In this document: positions 25,859 through 35,624 of the stretch, one piece after another | How the letters are laid out: each line of letters starts with the position of its first letter | Numbering within the stretch: position 1 is the stretch's first letter | NCBI GenBank assembly: GCA_942492765.1 | Contig: OW818634.1 | Coordinates: 409,159 to 473,158, forward strand | Direction of reading: 5' to 3' | Source: an uncultured bacterium | Lineage (GTDB): Bacteria > Patescibacteriota > Patescibacteriia > Patescibacteriales > UBA12465 | DNA: 64,000 bases | Notes under the pieces: generated by a model | What the model saw: only the letters and a program-made list of their open reading frames with translations | The model's database searches: none | What the model was told of the DNA's origin: nothing | Made by a program: the position numbers and the translations under genes

Positions 25859-28800
25859 CTAATAATTCCTAGCATAAGCCCCCCAGTTATCAGTAACCTG
25901 TATCTTCAGAGTCTTCGGGCCCTTAGAAGAATAATAATGATAGAAAACATGGGGATTAGTGGCTGTCGGGTGATGATCTTCGCCGGTGATAGTCTGGACG
26001 CTGCCATCGCCCCAGTCAAGAATGATTTCCTTAAGCGGCTGCTGTTCCTTGTCGACCTGACTATTAAATTCTAGGCGATAAACGCCTTTATTAAGGATAT
26101 CAAAAGTATTGCCGGAAGCGGAAATCGTAGTCCTGGTCCCGCCGGCATAAAGCCTGATATTACTGATAGTCGGATAAATCCAGCAGAAAGAACTCGTTCC
26201 CTCTCCAATGCGCGTATCATTAGCGCATTTATTCAGAGTCGAAGTAAAATCGGAATAGAAGCGTGTATCGGGTCCATAGACATTATCATTAAAATTATAA
26301 CTTCTATAAGATGTCATGAACAAGGTCTTTAGGATATTCCTATAATCGGGAGTACTTTGTTCACTAACAATGACTGGGGATAACTGTTGATTCCAAAGCG
26401 GAATACAGGTGCCTGACCCATCACAAGAGTTAATGCCGATGGCGGTATCGCCGGGAACTAGGCTGGCGGCGGTCAAGCAATAGGCATCTTTATTTTCGCT
26501 GCAATAACCAATAGAAGTACAGCCGCTCGCATTCCCTATTTGATTACAACCATAAGGCCGGCCAGCGGAGATAGTTTCTTTATTACTATCTGAATAAGTA
26601 TTGCGCAGAGTAACCGGCGCGCTCAGAGAGCTTAGGTCATTAGGCAGGGCGGCGGCACCATAAGGAATAAAAGATCGATTCCGGCCATACCCGGAGATAG
26701 CTTTAGGCGCAGCGCTATACTTATTATTCGAGCTGTCAACGAAGAACCCGGGCGTGGTATCAGGATAAGCTGGATCGCCGTTGATTCTGGCGGCCCAAGA
26801 CTTATTCTCGCCATTCTCATTGACAACCTGGATGAACCTATTGCAAGTGAAGCGAAAAATCTTAGTCGGATCGTCTCCGGAGTTATCTAGTAGCTTTAAA
26901 TCATTTTCCGTCGTCGGCGGAGTATTATAGTCATAAACCCGGACAATCGGATCAGCTAAGACCTGATTATCTGCGGCAGTCCCGTGGCCGCTATACCGAT
27001 ACCAGCCGTCAGTTGAGACAAAGAGCATAGCACGATAGGCACTTCCGCTACTCACAGTAGAACCGTTGACCCAAGAATCGGCATTCGCCAATAGTCTGGT
27101 ATAGGTATAGCCCGTGGTCGCGGTTGACCAGTCCTCGAGATATCTATGCTGGCTCGGGCTATTAAAACTGGTGTCGTCATCTCTCAATACTTTAAGAATG
27201 AATTTCTTGCTGGCATTGTTCTTCGGAACGCACCACCAATCGCCGTTACAGTTCCAGTGGTCGCCTCTCCACCAAGAATATTCGTAATAGAATCTTTCGT
27301 AGCCCGAGGCGCAAGAGCCAGCGCTAGTCTGAAAGCCGTCGTTAGAATCTCCACTATCACAATCGCCGTTAGTATTATCATGTCCTAGATAATAAGCCTT
27401 CCGATTTTCTACTAAATCAAAATTACCGTTCAATTCCGTACAATAATTAAGAGGATAAGTGCCTTTATAGGCATAGGCAGACTGCTGAGAAATCCTAGTG
27501 GTCGAAATCTTATCGACCGGATACCAGATCAAGCAGACGCTCGGATTGAAAGAATCATGCTCTAAACAATAGCCCTCTAGGCCGTTCTTAATCACATTGC
27601 TATTCTTAGTTTCGCAAGTCAGGCTGTCTTCAGTCGGATAGAGACGGCATTCGCGCGGCGCGTATTGGTTATTGCCGATTTCTAAGACCGGCTCGATACT
27701 GAGATTATCAAAATAAACAGCGTTCTTATCCTGAGGATCGCTCGTATCCGAGCTCAGATAAATCTTGATCTTATTCTTCCCTTCTCCGTAGCCGATATCG
27801 AACTTGGCAATCTTCGTTTCCCAGCCGGTAGGCGCGGCCGCGTAAAATATCATTGGCGCGTTGGTCACCGGATCATTCATGACCGTGCCATTTACGTCAG
27901 TAATCATCACTTTCGTGCGCAAGGTCGAGCCCTTGGTATTAATCATGTAGCTCAAATAATAGGTATTGGTTTTATTTGCTTCAGGCGAGGCTAATTCAGC
28001 AAAGCCAGTCGGCCCATCGCCTAAAGTAGAGACTTGATATGGAGCGACGACTTTCAGATAACCCTTGCCTTGGGCCGGATAATCAGTCGGGGCATTCTCC
28101 GGTTCTTTCACTACGGCGTAAGCGTCGTTAGGGCAGGCCGCGGGACCGGAAAAATTAATATTACCATGGCAGCTCAGCGAGGGGCTATCCTCAAAATCAG
28201 CATAGAAACCGGAGCTGAACCCAACCTCCTTGATCTGGCTGAAATGATATTTATTGAGCAAAGAATAGCCGGTCGCGTTCTTATCGTTATTAGCATCGAA
28301 GCTGCGGACCGCCGTCGGCATAGTGATAAAATTGGCGCATTCATTCTTATCATCCAGGCGGTTGCATTCGGCGACAGCATAACAAGTCTTCTTCTTCGTG
28401 GCCGGATCCTCAATATAAGTCACGCAGTCTAGCCATTTAGAGCAGACGCGGTCTGGGCGGACTTTGATAAGCTGATTAGAGGTGCATGACCCCTGAACGC
28501 TAGGCGAACAGGCGGTCGGCGTAGCGCCGGATACTGTCTTATAAGCATCCCAGCCTTTTTCTAAGCTGACTAGACCGGAAGCTCCGGCAACATTGCGTTC
28601 ATTGAAGAGAACGCAGCCGTCGTCGAAATTCACGAGCCCATTGCAGCTCGTCTTATCAATATTAGCTTTCAGCTGATAATCGACAACCAGTTCCCTGACT
28701 TCTATGGTCTTGCCCGTCGCGCCGCCGCTGACCAAGGCCGTGGAATTATTGATAGAATTAAATATTATCGGCTGATTGGCATTACTGGAAATAGTGAAGC

Positions 28801-31800
28801 TGTTAGTAGTCGTCCCGAAATTATTATTAACCAGCAGCGGCCTAGCGGGAGTTTCAAACGACAGAGCGACATTACCGGAAGCGCCGGTGTCGTATTTAAC
28901 CGTGAAGCTATATAATTTATTCGGCTCAAGCCGGATAATCTGCTGCGTAGCGGTCGGCTGCTGGCCATTAAAATTTTCACCGTCATAACCCCAGCCTTCT
29001 TTAACTCCTTCTATCGTCTGATAGCCGGAATTAAAGACCAGATTGACTGAGAATTGGCTGACGGGATCGATATATTCCGTGCAGCCCGATTCGTTGGCGC
29101 TACAGAGACCGGCGGCCGTATCCGGAATCCAGACCTGGTTGCCAGCCCCGCCTAAGCCGATAGTCTTATCATATGAAGTAGAGCAAGGATAATCATTATT
29201 ATCAATAATACATTTGTTTGCGCCGCAATCGTTATCGCTCGTACAGATAGCGCTGCCTTTTTCGACTCCGGCAATTGAGCCGTCCTTACTGGCATCACAG
29301 CGCTTGACCGCTATCTTATACCACGACTTGCCAAATATCTTAGGATCAGCGCTGGCTCTATATGAGCAGGCATTCGCTCCCGGATTCTTAAAGTAACTCA
29401 CAGCTCCGTCATCGCTATTACTCCATTCCTCGCAACCGACGTTGGGTTTCTGGCATAGAGACTGGGCATAAGTATCCGGATTGTTCTGCCTATAGGCGTC
29501 TACCCAGGAAGTAATGATAGCTCCGCCTTGGCCTTGACCTAAGCGGCTGCAGCCTTTGCTAGCCGCAGTGCATAATTTATTCGGATCATAGACCGCATAG
29601 AGGGCGCTGTCGGCATTTACTTTGACGCAGTCGACCTCGGTCGGATCGCAGGCATTATTGTTATTGGTGTCATTCCAGATACCCGGACCATAATCGGAAT
29701 AATTCTTAGTGTCTACCATCTGCTCGCAGCCAACAGCCGATTCCGAGCAGAGCTTAGAAAATTGGCGCAGGTTATGCATTAAGCCGCCGCGATCGGCATA
29801 TTGAGCGCAACCGAGATTATAATCGGCTCCCTGATATTGATCGAAGATATCATAGTAGCAGACGTTAGGAATCTGGCTAGAACCTTTGACTAGATAATAG
29901 CGGTCAGTAATCTCAGAGAGGACGAAGTCGTCGAATAAGAAATTAGCGTTAGCGCTGATGATCAGGCGTTCATTCGGACCGACGGCATGGTCGAGATTCT
30001 CCAGGTTCGCTTGATACAGATTCCATTCATTGCCGCCCTTGACGACTAAAGTGCTAGAAGCGTTGAAATATGACTTAGCTCCGGTATCGCGGTTCAAGAA
30101 ATATATTTTCAGGTTTACATTAGTCACGGCGCGCGCTAAGAATTTCACGGCATAGGCGCTATTCTGATTGACGGAATTACCGACAGCGAGCTGAGCGGCG
30201 ACATTATCGCTCGCGAGCAGCCTTTCTATCAAGCGAGTCTTAGCTATCGGCGCGCCGGCATCATTGCCGACCGGCTGACAGCCGCTCGCGCTATCTAAAT
30301 ATTGCAAAGAGTGCCCATCCTTACTGTTAGCTACGGTAGAAATACTAAGGCCGTTGGTACAATTAGAAGTCCAATAAGCAGCTGCGCCACTTTCGAAATC
30401 ATAAGACGTCACGAGACGGACATTATTGCCGCTATTGCCATTGTATTCGCGGCAGCCGTTCTCGTTAGCGGAACAAGTCTGGCCTTCGCCTGGAATCGCC
30501 TGATAGACGCAGCCGTTATTATTAGTATCCCAAGCGCCGCCGTTCGGACAGATATTACAGGTACTGTCTCCCGCGTTCCAGTGCTTATCAGAACCGGTGC
30601 ATTGCGCGGCCGTCATGTTATTGACGATATTCTTTTCGCTCAGCCTATAGGCATGGCAATCTTCAGAACAGGTTATAGTCCGAGAAGCAAGATGATAAGA
30701 GACTTGACCGGCAGCATTATAAAATTCGCGACAATCCGCATTATAGCCGGCATTAGTGATCGGCAGATTATAGATAGCGGCGTTGCATAAAGCGCTGTCA
30801 TTCGCGGTCACTTCCGGCAAACCGCCTTGGCTCTTGAGAGAGTAGGACTTAAGCTGATAGCCGGCGTCAGTTCCCTCCCAAGAATAGAAGGTGGCGCAGG
30901 TAGCGGCTGAAGGCTTAACGCATTGTTTTAGGGAAGTATAATATTCTTTCTGTTCGCCGCCAGCGGCCAACGCATCTAGATTAGTAAACTCATTGCAGCC
31001 AGCTGCGGCCGCGCTACAAGCCATTGCCTTTTCCGGAATGAGATTCTCGGAAACGGCCGGATTGAAGCGGCTAGCTTTGGCGACATAAACATCATAGCCT
31101 AAACATTGATCAGAACAATAATCGCTGCTCACGACCTTGGCCGGAACCGCGAAATTATCAGCAAGCGAAGAGTATAATTCACAGCCGGCTTCTTCCTTAT
31201 TGCATTTGCGGGCGAAATTGGAACAGACAGTCGGAGCGCCGCTCTTCAATTCATAATTCTTAGTAGCGCTGACCGCGTCGACATAGCATGATTTTTCTAA
31301 GTAAGCCGGCAATAATTTTTCATACACAGTGAAGCGTCCGTAATTGCTATAACCGGTATCCCAGCTGCTGATTTCGAACTTTAGATTCTTAAAATAGAAG
31401 GTAGCTTGACCATTGGCGCTATAACCGCTGACGAAGAAATCGGCGTTATTATAAGCGCTATCGGCCAGACGCGTAATGCTGACATGCTGCCAGACGTTCT
31501 TAGTGGTTATGGTTTTGGCAAAACCCTCAGAAACCGCTCCTAGACTGAGGCTAGCGCTATCGCCGCTAGCCAAATAGAGGTCAGCGCTGAGCGTATAGGA
31601 TTGTCCAGAAATAGTCTGAAAATTAGCCGGCAAAAGAGAGGCCGGAGGATTAGAATAGACGCCGCCGCCGGTTGCGCTAGTTTCCAGGCGCATAGCCTTG
31701 CCGCTAGAATCTCCCGGGGCGATAGATGAATCGACAATGGTCGCGCGAGCATTATTCAGAGGCCAATCATTGAGAGCCGGCTGAGTCGCCGTATTACCTA

Positions 31801-34012
31801 TTTCATCGTTGCCAAAATTAGAATTCATGACTAAATTACTACCCCAGGTCGGCTTTAGGCGCATCAGCTCGGTGCAGCCGTCGTCGGACTTCTCGCAAAC
31901 CTTGGCATTCTTATTAAGATAAATGCTCTGTCCGCCATCCCAAGAGACCGTATCAGTGGAACTATTATAAGCGCCGTTGAATGAATATTGGCGGCAGCCG
32001 GAATTTTCCGAAGTACAGCTGTCATAATCCAAGGTATTCTCCAGATAAGCGACCGAGGCGCCGCTTTCAGTATTAATAAAATCTTGGCAGGTATTATTTA
32101 TCGGCTGACAAGAGTCAGCGCCGAATACCCAGGTCCGTCTTTCCTCGTCGCAATAGCCGTAAGCATCGCAGCTGCCATCGCTCTTTTCCTTGATACAGGT
32201 CTGGCTATCAGCACAATAAGAATCGGCGCGGGCCACACTTAATTCGCTCGGAGTGGCCGGAGCGTCTCCGATAGCCTCAGTTCCCGGCATGACAGTCTTG
32301 CTCAATATCTGAGCGCTAAAACCCTCTTTGCTACAGGAATTCATCGGCGCTTTTAAGACCCAATTTGGATCAACCAAGCCTTGGCACCAGCCTTGGTCAT
32401 TGACATTGAAGTCTTTGCTGAAACTAGCATATTGATCATTGGGATCAAAGCAGGACATAAAGTCGCTCAGAGTGGCCTTCTTCTGGTTAGCATCGTTAGC
32501 ATAGGCCCTAGAAACTGCCTCTTCCCAGCCGACCGGCAAAATACGATATTTACGAAGTATAGAAATATTGCGCAGGCCATAAGACCCGGCGCGGCTATCT
32601 CTCGTTAACTGCCAGTCGCCATGCAGATAACCTTCTTTAACCGCTTCCGCAACAGTTTTCTTCTCGGTTATCCCTTGCATGAACTGATCGTCAATAACGC
32701 AGTCAGTCGGACCAGGATTCTTAGAATCAATGCAGATAGATAATTCGGATAAGATATCATAATCAGCTCGGACGCCGAAATTAGTCTGCAAGAGTTTGGT
32801 AGTGATTTCTTTCAGGGCGGTAGCGCCGCCATTAGCGTTCGGGTCGCTCTCATAATTACTAGAACCCGTGCTGGACTTATTACCCTTTTCACTCTTCTCT
32901 CCCAAAGTCTGAAGTAGATTATTAAAAGCTGAAAAATATAATTGATTTAAAAAGACATTGGCAGCATCGACTAAAATATCACCAGTCGTCTTTCCTAAAG
33001 CCTGCTGCCTGGCAGTCCTAGCTGATTCAGCGGCTGCCTGAGCTTCTCCGGGAACTCCCTTCAAAGTGCCGGCGATAGTGCGAACGTCAGTCCAGCCCTT
33101 ATTGGCAATGAAGCTGCTGCCGGCAGTCAGGTTCTTATTATAAACCTGGTTCGACAGATCCGTCTGTGCGAGCACGAAAATACCGACATCGTTAGTGCGC
33201 GGGTCAAAAATATTCACGAATTCATCCAAATAATTAGCGTCTCTGAGCGAGGCGAGCTTCTTCTCGACGCTATCGCCCCAGTCCTTAATCATTCTTGAAG
33301 CCGTACAATTAGGCGCGGCCGGACGAGTCTGCTCTACTAAACCGAGGCCAATCTTAATCTTGGCCTCTAAAGACGACGGGCTGCAGACATTGAAGGATGG
33401 GGTCACTTGATCAGCGGTTGTCTGGGTCTGAGCCGCGCATTTAGTGGCCGCTCGATCACAATCAGCCGTGCAAGTTGTTCTATTTTCAGCATAATTATTG
33501 TCAGTGCCGCCTTCGTTAGTCAAGAAACTCACGCAGAACTCACGGCATTTCTTAAGCTGATTAGCGCAAGTCTCATCAACGGTGGTATTTAAATTATTAA
33601 CGAAACTTTCGATAAATTGGCCAGCCGCTTCATCGCTAATCTGCTCCAGATAAGCGCCAAGGCTCTTGGTGATGAAAAGCGGTTTCTGTCCCTTTCCGCC
33701 GGAACCGATATAATTGGCTGTGTCATAAGCAATCTTGTTCAGGGCTGAACTCAGGACCCTCTGAAATGCCAATGATCCAGCTTTCTGTATCAATTTAGTC
33801 GTCCTCTTCCAAAAAGAATCCTTTACAGCCGCTGTTGCCTGCGGCACAGACGCCTGTTCTATAGTAGTGACTGGGCCGCCAGTAACGTAAAATTGCGCCG
33901 AAACATCTTTTATAGTAAAGACCGCCAAAACAGAAAAAACCAGCAAGAAAAGGACCAATTTCTTACCGGTCTTAAATTCGGTCTCCTGGTTAAAATTTAG
34001 GAAAGACTTCAT
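25859..34012 (-). CDS. Giant (2717 aa) secreted cysteine-rich surface protein with jelly-roll CBM-like modules and a C-terminal PKD-like domain; putative adhesin
   Basis: Uninterrupted 8.1-kb ORF with an N-terminal signal/anchor (LVLFLLVFSVLAVFTIKDVSAQ) and very many Cys residues. Several segments fit the N.xF..W...F.NL..E pattern. The C-terminus has LDWGDGS...HVFYHYY...LKIQVTDNWG. Confidence 0.85.
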   Translation of the reverse strand: MKSFLNFNQETEFKTGKKLVLFLLVFSVLAVFTIKDVSAQFYVTGGPVTTIEQASVPQATAAVKDSFWKRTTKLIQKAGSLAFQRVLSSALNKIAYDTANYIGSGGKGQKPLFITKSLGAYLEQISDEAAGQFIESFVNNLNTTVDETCANQLKKCREFCVSFLTNEGGTDNNYAENRTTCTADCDRAATKCAAQTQTTADQVTPSFNVCSPSSLEAKIKIGLGLVEQTRPAAPNCTASRMIKDWGDSVEKKLASLRDANYLDEFVNIFDPRTNDVGIFVLAQTDLSNQVYNKNLTAGSSFIANKGWTDVRTIAGTLKGVPGEAQAAAESARTARQQALGKTTGDILVDAANVFLNQLYFSAFNNLLQTLGEKSEKGNKSSTGSSNYESDPNANGGATALKEITTKLLQTNFGVRADYDILSELSICIDSKNPGPTDCVIDDQFMQGITEKKTVAEAVKEGYLHGDWQLTRDSRAGSYGLRNISILRKYRILPVGWEEAVSRAYANDANQKKATLSDFMSCFDPNDQYASFSKDFNVNDQGWCQGLVDPNWVLKAPMNSCSKEGFSAQILSKTVMPGTEAIGDAPATPSELSVARADSYCADSQTCIKEKSDGSCDAYGYCDEERRTWVFGADSCQPINNTCQDFINTESGASVAYLENTLDYDSCTSENSGCRQYSFNGAYNSSTDTVSWDGGQSIYLNKNAKVCEKSDDGCTELMRLKPTWGSNLVMNSNFGNDEIGNTATQPALNDWPLNNARATIVDSSIAPGDSSGKAMRLETSATGGGVYSNPPASLLPANFQTISGQSYTLSADLYLASGDSASLSLGAVSEGFAKTITTKNVWQHVSITRLADSAYNNADFFVSGYSANGQATFYFKNLKFEISSWDTGYSNYGRFTVYEKLLPAYLEKSCYVDAVSATKNYELKSGAPTVCSNFARKCNKEEAGCELYSSLADNFAVPAKVVSSDYCSDQCLGYDVYVAKASRFNPAVSENLIPEKAMACSAAAAGCNEFTNLDALAAGGEQKEYYTSLKQCVKPSAATCATFYSWEGTDAGYQLKSYSLKSQGGLPEVTANDSALCNAAIYNLPITNAGYNADCREFYNAAGQVSYHLASRTITCSEDCHAYRLSEKNIVNNMTAAQCTGSDKHWNAGDSTCNICPNGGAWDTNNNGCVYQAIPGEGQTCSANENGCREYNGNSGNNVRLVTSYDFESGAAAYWTSNCTNGLSISTVANSKDGHSLQYLDSASGCQPVGNDAGAPIAKTRLIERLLASDNVAAQLAVGNSVNQNSAYAVKFLARAVTNVNLKIYFLNRDTGAKSYFNASSTLVVKGGNEWNLYQANLENLDHAVGPNERLIISANANFLFDDFVLSEITDRYYLVKGSSQIPNVCYYDIFDQYQGADYNLGCAQYADRGGLMHNLRQFSKLCSESAVGCEQMVDTKNYSDYGPGIWNDTNNNNACDPTEVDCVKVNADSALYAVYDPNKLCTAASKGCSRLGQGQGGAIITSWVDAYRQNNPDTYAQSLCQKPNVGCEEWSNSDDGAVSYFKNPGANACSYRASADPKIFGKSWYKIAVKRCDASKDGSIAGVEKGSAICTSDNDCGANKCIIDNNDYPCSTSYDKTIGLGGAGNQVWIPDTAAGLCSANESGCTEYIDPVSQFSVNLVFNSGYQTIEGVKEGWGYDGENFNGQQPTATQQIIRLEPNKLYSFTVKYDTGASGNVALSFETPARPLLVNNNFGTTTNSFTISSNANQPIIFNSINNSTALVSGGATGKTIEVRELVVDYQLKANIDKTSCNGLVNFDDGCVLFNERNVAGASGLVSLEKGWDAYKTVSGATPTACSPSVQGSCTSNQLIKVRPDRVCSKWLDCVTYIEDPATKKKTCYAVAECNRLDDKNECANFITMPTAVRSFDANNDKNATGYSLLNKYHFSQIKEVGFSSGFYADFEDSPSLSCHGNINFSGPAACPNDAYAVVKEPENAPTDYPAQGKGYLKVVAPYQVSTLGDGPTGFAELASPEANKTNTYYLSYMINTKGSTLRTKVMITDVNGTVMNDPVTNAPMIFYAAAPTGWETKIAKFDIGYGEGKNKIKIYLSSDTSDPQDKNAVYFDNLSIEPVLEIGNNQYAPRECRLYPTEDSLTCETKNSNVIKNGLEGYCLEHDSFNPSVCLIWYPVDKISTTRISQQSAYAYKGTYPLNYCTELNGNFDLVENRKAYYLGHDNTNGDCDSGDSNDGFQTSAGSCASGYERFYYEYSWWRGDHWNCNGDWWCVPKNNASKKFILKVLRDDDTSFNSPSQHRYLEDWSTATTGYTYTRLLANADSWVNGSTVSSGSAYRAMLFVSTDGWYRYSGHGTAADNQVLADPIVRVYDYNTPPTTENDLKLLDNSGDDPTKIFRFTCNRFIQVVNENGENKSWAARINGDPAYPDTTPGFFVDSSNNKYSAAPKAISGYGRNRSFIPYGAAALPNDLSSLSAPVTLRNTYSDSNKETISAGRPYGCNQIGNASGCTSIGYCSENKDAYCLTAASLVPGDTAIGINSCDGSGTCIPLWNQQLSPVIVSEQSTPDYRNILKTLFMTSYRSYNFNDNVYGPDTRFYSDFTSTLNKCANDTRIGEGTSSFCWIYPTISNIRLYAGGTRTTISASGNTFDILNKGVYRLEFNSQVDKEQQPLKEIILDWGDGSVQTITGEDHHPTATNPHVFYHYYSSKGPKTLKIQVTDNWGAYARNY

Positions 34013-34038
34013 TTTATTAAGATAAATTATTTATTTTT

Positions 34039-34728
34039 TTATTGATTCAAGTTCGCGCTAGTACTCTGGGCATCAAGCGTCTCCTGATAACTCTTCATGA
34101 GATCTTCATCGCTGATCTGATCGAGGTCTGCCTTGGAGGCGCCGCCAGAAATCAGGAATTGGCGCAGGGTTGCGGCATCTCCTTGACCGTTTAAGACATT
34201 CTGAAGAATATTTTCATCAACACTGGTCGTATCAAGATCAGCGGAAGAACCGGTAGTATCAGAGACATCGGACGCCGTATTAGCGTCCCCAGAAATGTTC
34301 GAAGCGCTGGTCGTGGCGATCGCGCTCGTATCGACAGAAGCGTGACAATCCTTGCCTTTCGGACAAACCGGATCAGTCCCGTTATCTATTTCTTTCTTAT
34401 CGGACAAGCCGTCGCTATCGGTATCTTCAAGATACGGCGAAGTCTTATACGTATAGATTTCGGCATAATCAGATAAGCCATCCTTATCAGTATCTGCACT
34501 CTTCAAGAGATTATTATAATCTTCTTCGGAAGTATCGGTCGCCATCGAGGTCTGATAATCGAACGGACCCTTGATATGCGCTCCCATCTGCCAGATCCAG
34601 AAGACAATAATAAAAACCGCGAAAGCGGCTAAAATAATGACCGCATTTCTTTGCGGCTTAGGCAATCCTTTTGAGCTTGGATAAATCTCGTTCCCTCCCC
34701 AATTTTTTTGTATCGGCATAATAATCAA
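34039..34728 (-). CDS. Membrane-anchored protein with thrombospondin type-3-like Ca-binding repeats
   Basis: One TM helix, then DTDKDGLSDYAE and DTDSDGLSDKKEIDNGTDP (DxDxDG repeats), then a Ser/Asp/Thr-rich tail. Confidence 0.65.
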   Translation of the reverse strand: MIIMPIQKNWGGNEIYPSSKGLPKPQRNAVIILAAFAVFIIVFWIWQMGAHIKGPFDYQTSMATDTSEEDYNNLLKSADTDKDGLSDYAEIYTYKTSPYLEDTDSDGLSDKKEIDNGTDPVCPKGKDCHASVDTSAIATTSASNISGDANTASDVSDTTGSSADLDTTSVDENILQNVLNGQGDAATLRQFLISGGASKADLDQISDEDLMKSYQETLDAQSTSANLNQ

Positions 34729-34761
34729 ACTAAACCAAAAAATGGTTCTTGATTATTTTCA

Positions 34762-35616
34762 TTATACCATAAACGGTTTCAAAGCCGCAAATAATTTTTG
34801 CCAATCTTCAAGCAATAAATCTTCAGCGCGCGCGGCATTTTTTATTCCTGCCTTAGCCAAGGTATCTTCTAAGTCTTTCGGCTCTAATCTAAGGCCGGCC
34901 GCCAGGTTATTCTTAAGCATTTTTCGCTTAGAACTAAAACCGATCTTCACTATCCGAAAAAAATCCTTGTCAGTCTTCGCGTCGAAAGCCTGAGATTTCA
35001 GATCTATCCTGATAATGGCGCTATCGACCTTCGGTTCCGGCCAGAAATTACCAGCTTTGACTTCCCTGCTTATCTTCGGATTAGCGTAATATTGGACAGA
35101 AAGCGCCAAGACGCTCATATCTGGAGGGGTGGCCGCAATGCGCTCGGCCACTTCTTTCTGAAGCATTAAAACAAAAGATTCTGGCTTATGTTCAGAGGTC
35201 AAGAAACGGCGCAAGAAGATCGAAGTGATATTATAAGGCAGATTAGCGACAATCTTATATTTAAAAGGCAGGCTCAATTTCTTAAAATAAGCTTCCAGAT
35301 TAAAATCCAAGATGTTCTCATTGACTATAGCGACGTTTTCGATCCCCTGCGAATCAATGCCGGTCTGCAGATACTCAGCTAATTTATTATCCAGCTCGAC
35401 GGCGACTACTTGCTTAACTTTAGCCGCTAGCTTGGCGGTCAAGAATCCTAAGCCCGGGCCTATCTCGAGAACTATATCATCTGATTGCAAATCAGCCGCT
35501 TTGATGATGTCGTCATAGATCTTTTCATTGATCAAAAAATTCTGACCCTTGGAATGGGACGGCTTAATCTCGAAGATATGGCAGATTTCTCTGGTTTTCG
35601 CTAATAGGTCGGACAT
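34762..35616 (-). CDS. rsmA: 16S rRNA (adenine1518/1519-N6)-dimethyltransferase
   Basis: Contains KGQNFL, the SAM-binding EIGPGLGFLT and the NLPYNI motif. Confidence 0.9.
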   Translation of the reverse strand: MSDLLAKTREICHIFEIKPSHSKGQNFLINEKIYDDIIKAADLQSDDIVLEIGPGLGFLTAKLAAKVKQVVAVELDNKLAEYLQTGIDSQGIENVAIVNENILDFNLEAYFKKLSLPFKYKIVANLPYNITSIFLRRFLTSEHKPESFVLMLQKEVAERIAATPPDMSVLALSVQYYANPKISREVKAGNFWPEPKVDSAIIRIDLKSQAFDAKTDKDFFRIVKIGFSSKRKMLKNNLAAGLRLEPKDLEDTLAKAGIKNAARAEDLLLEDWQKLFAALKPFMV

Positions 35617-35624
35617 GTAGATTT

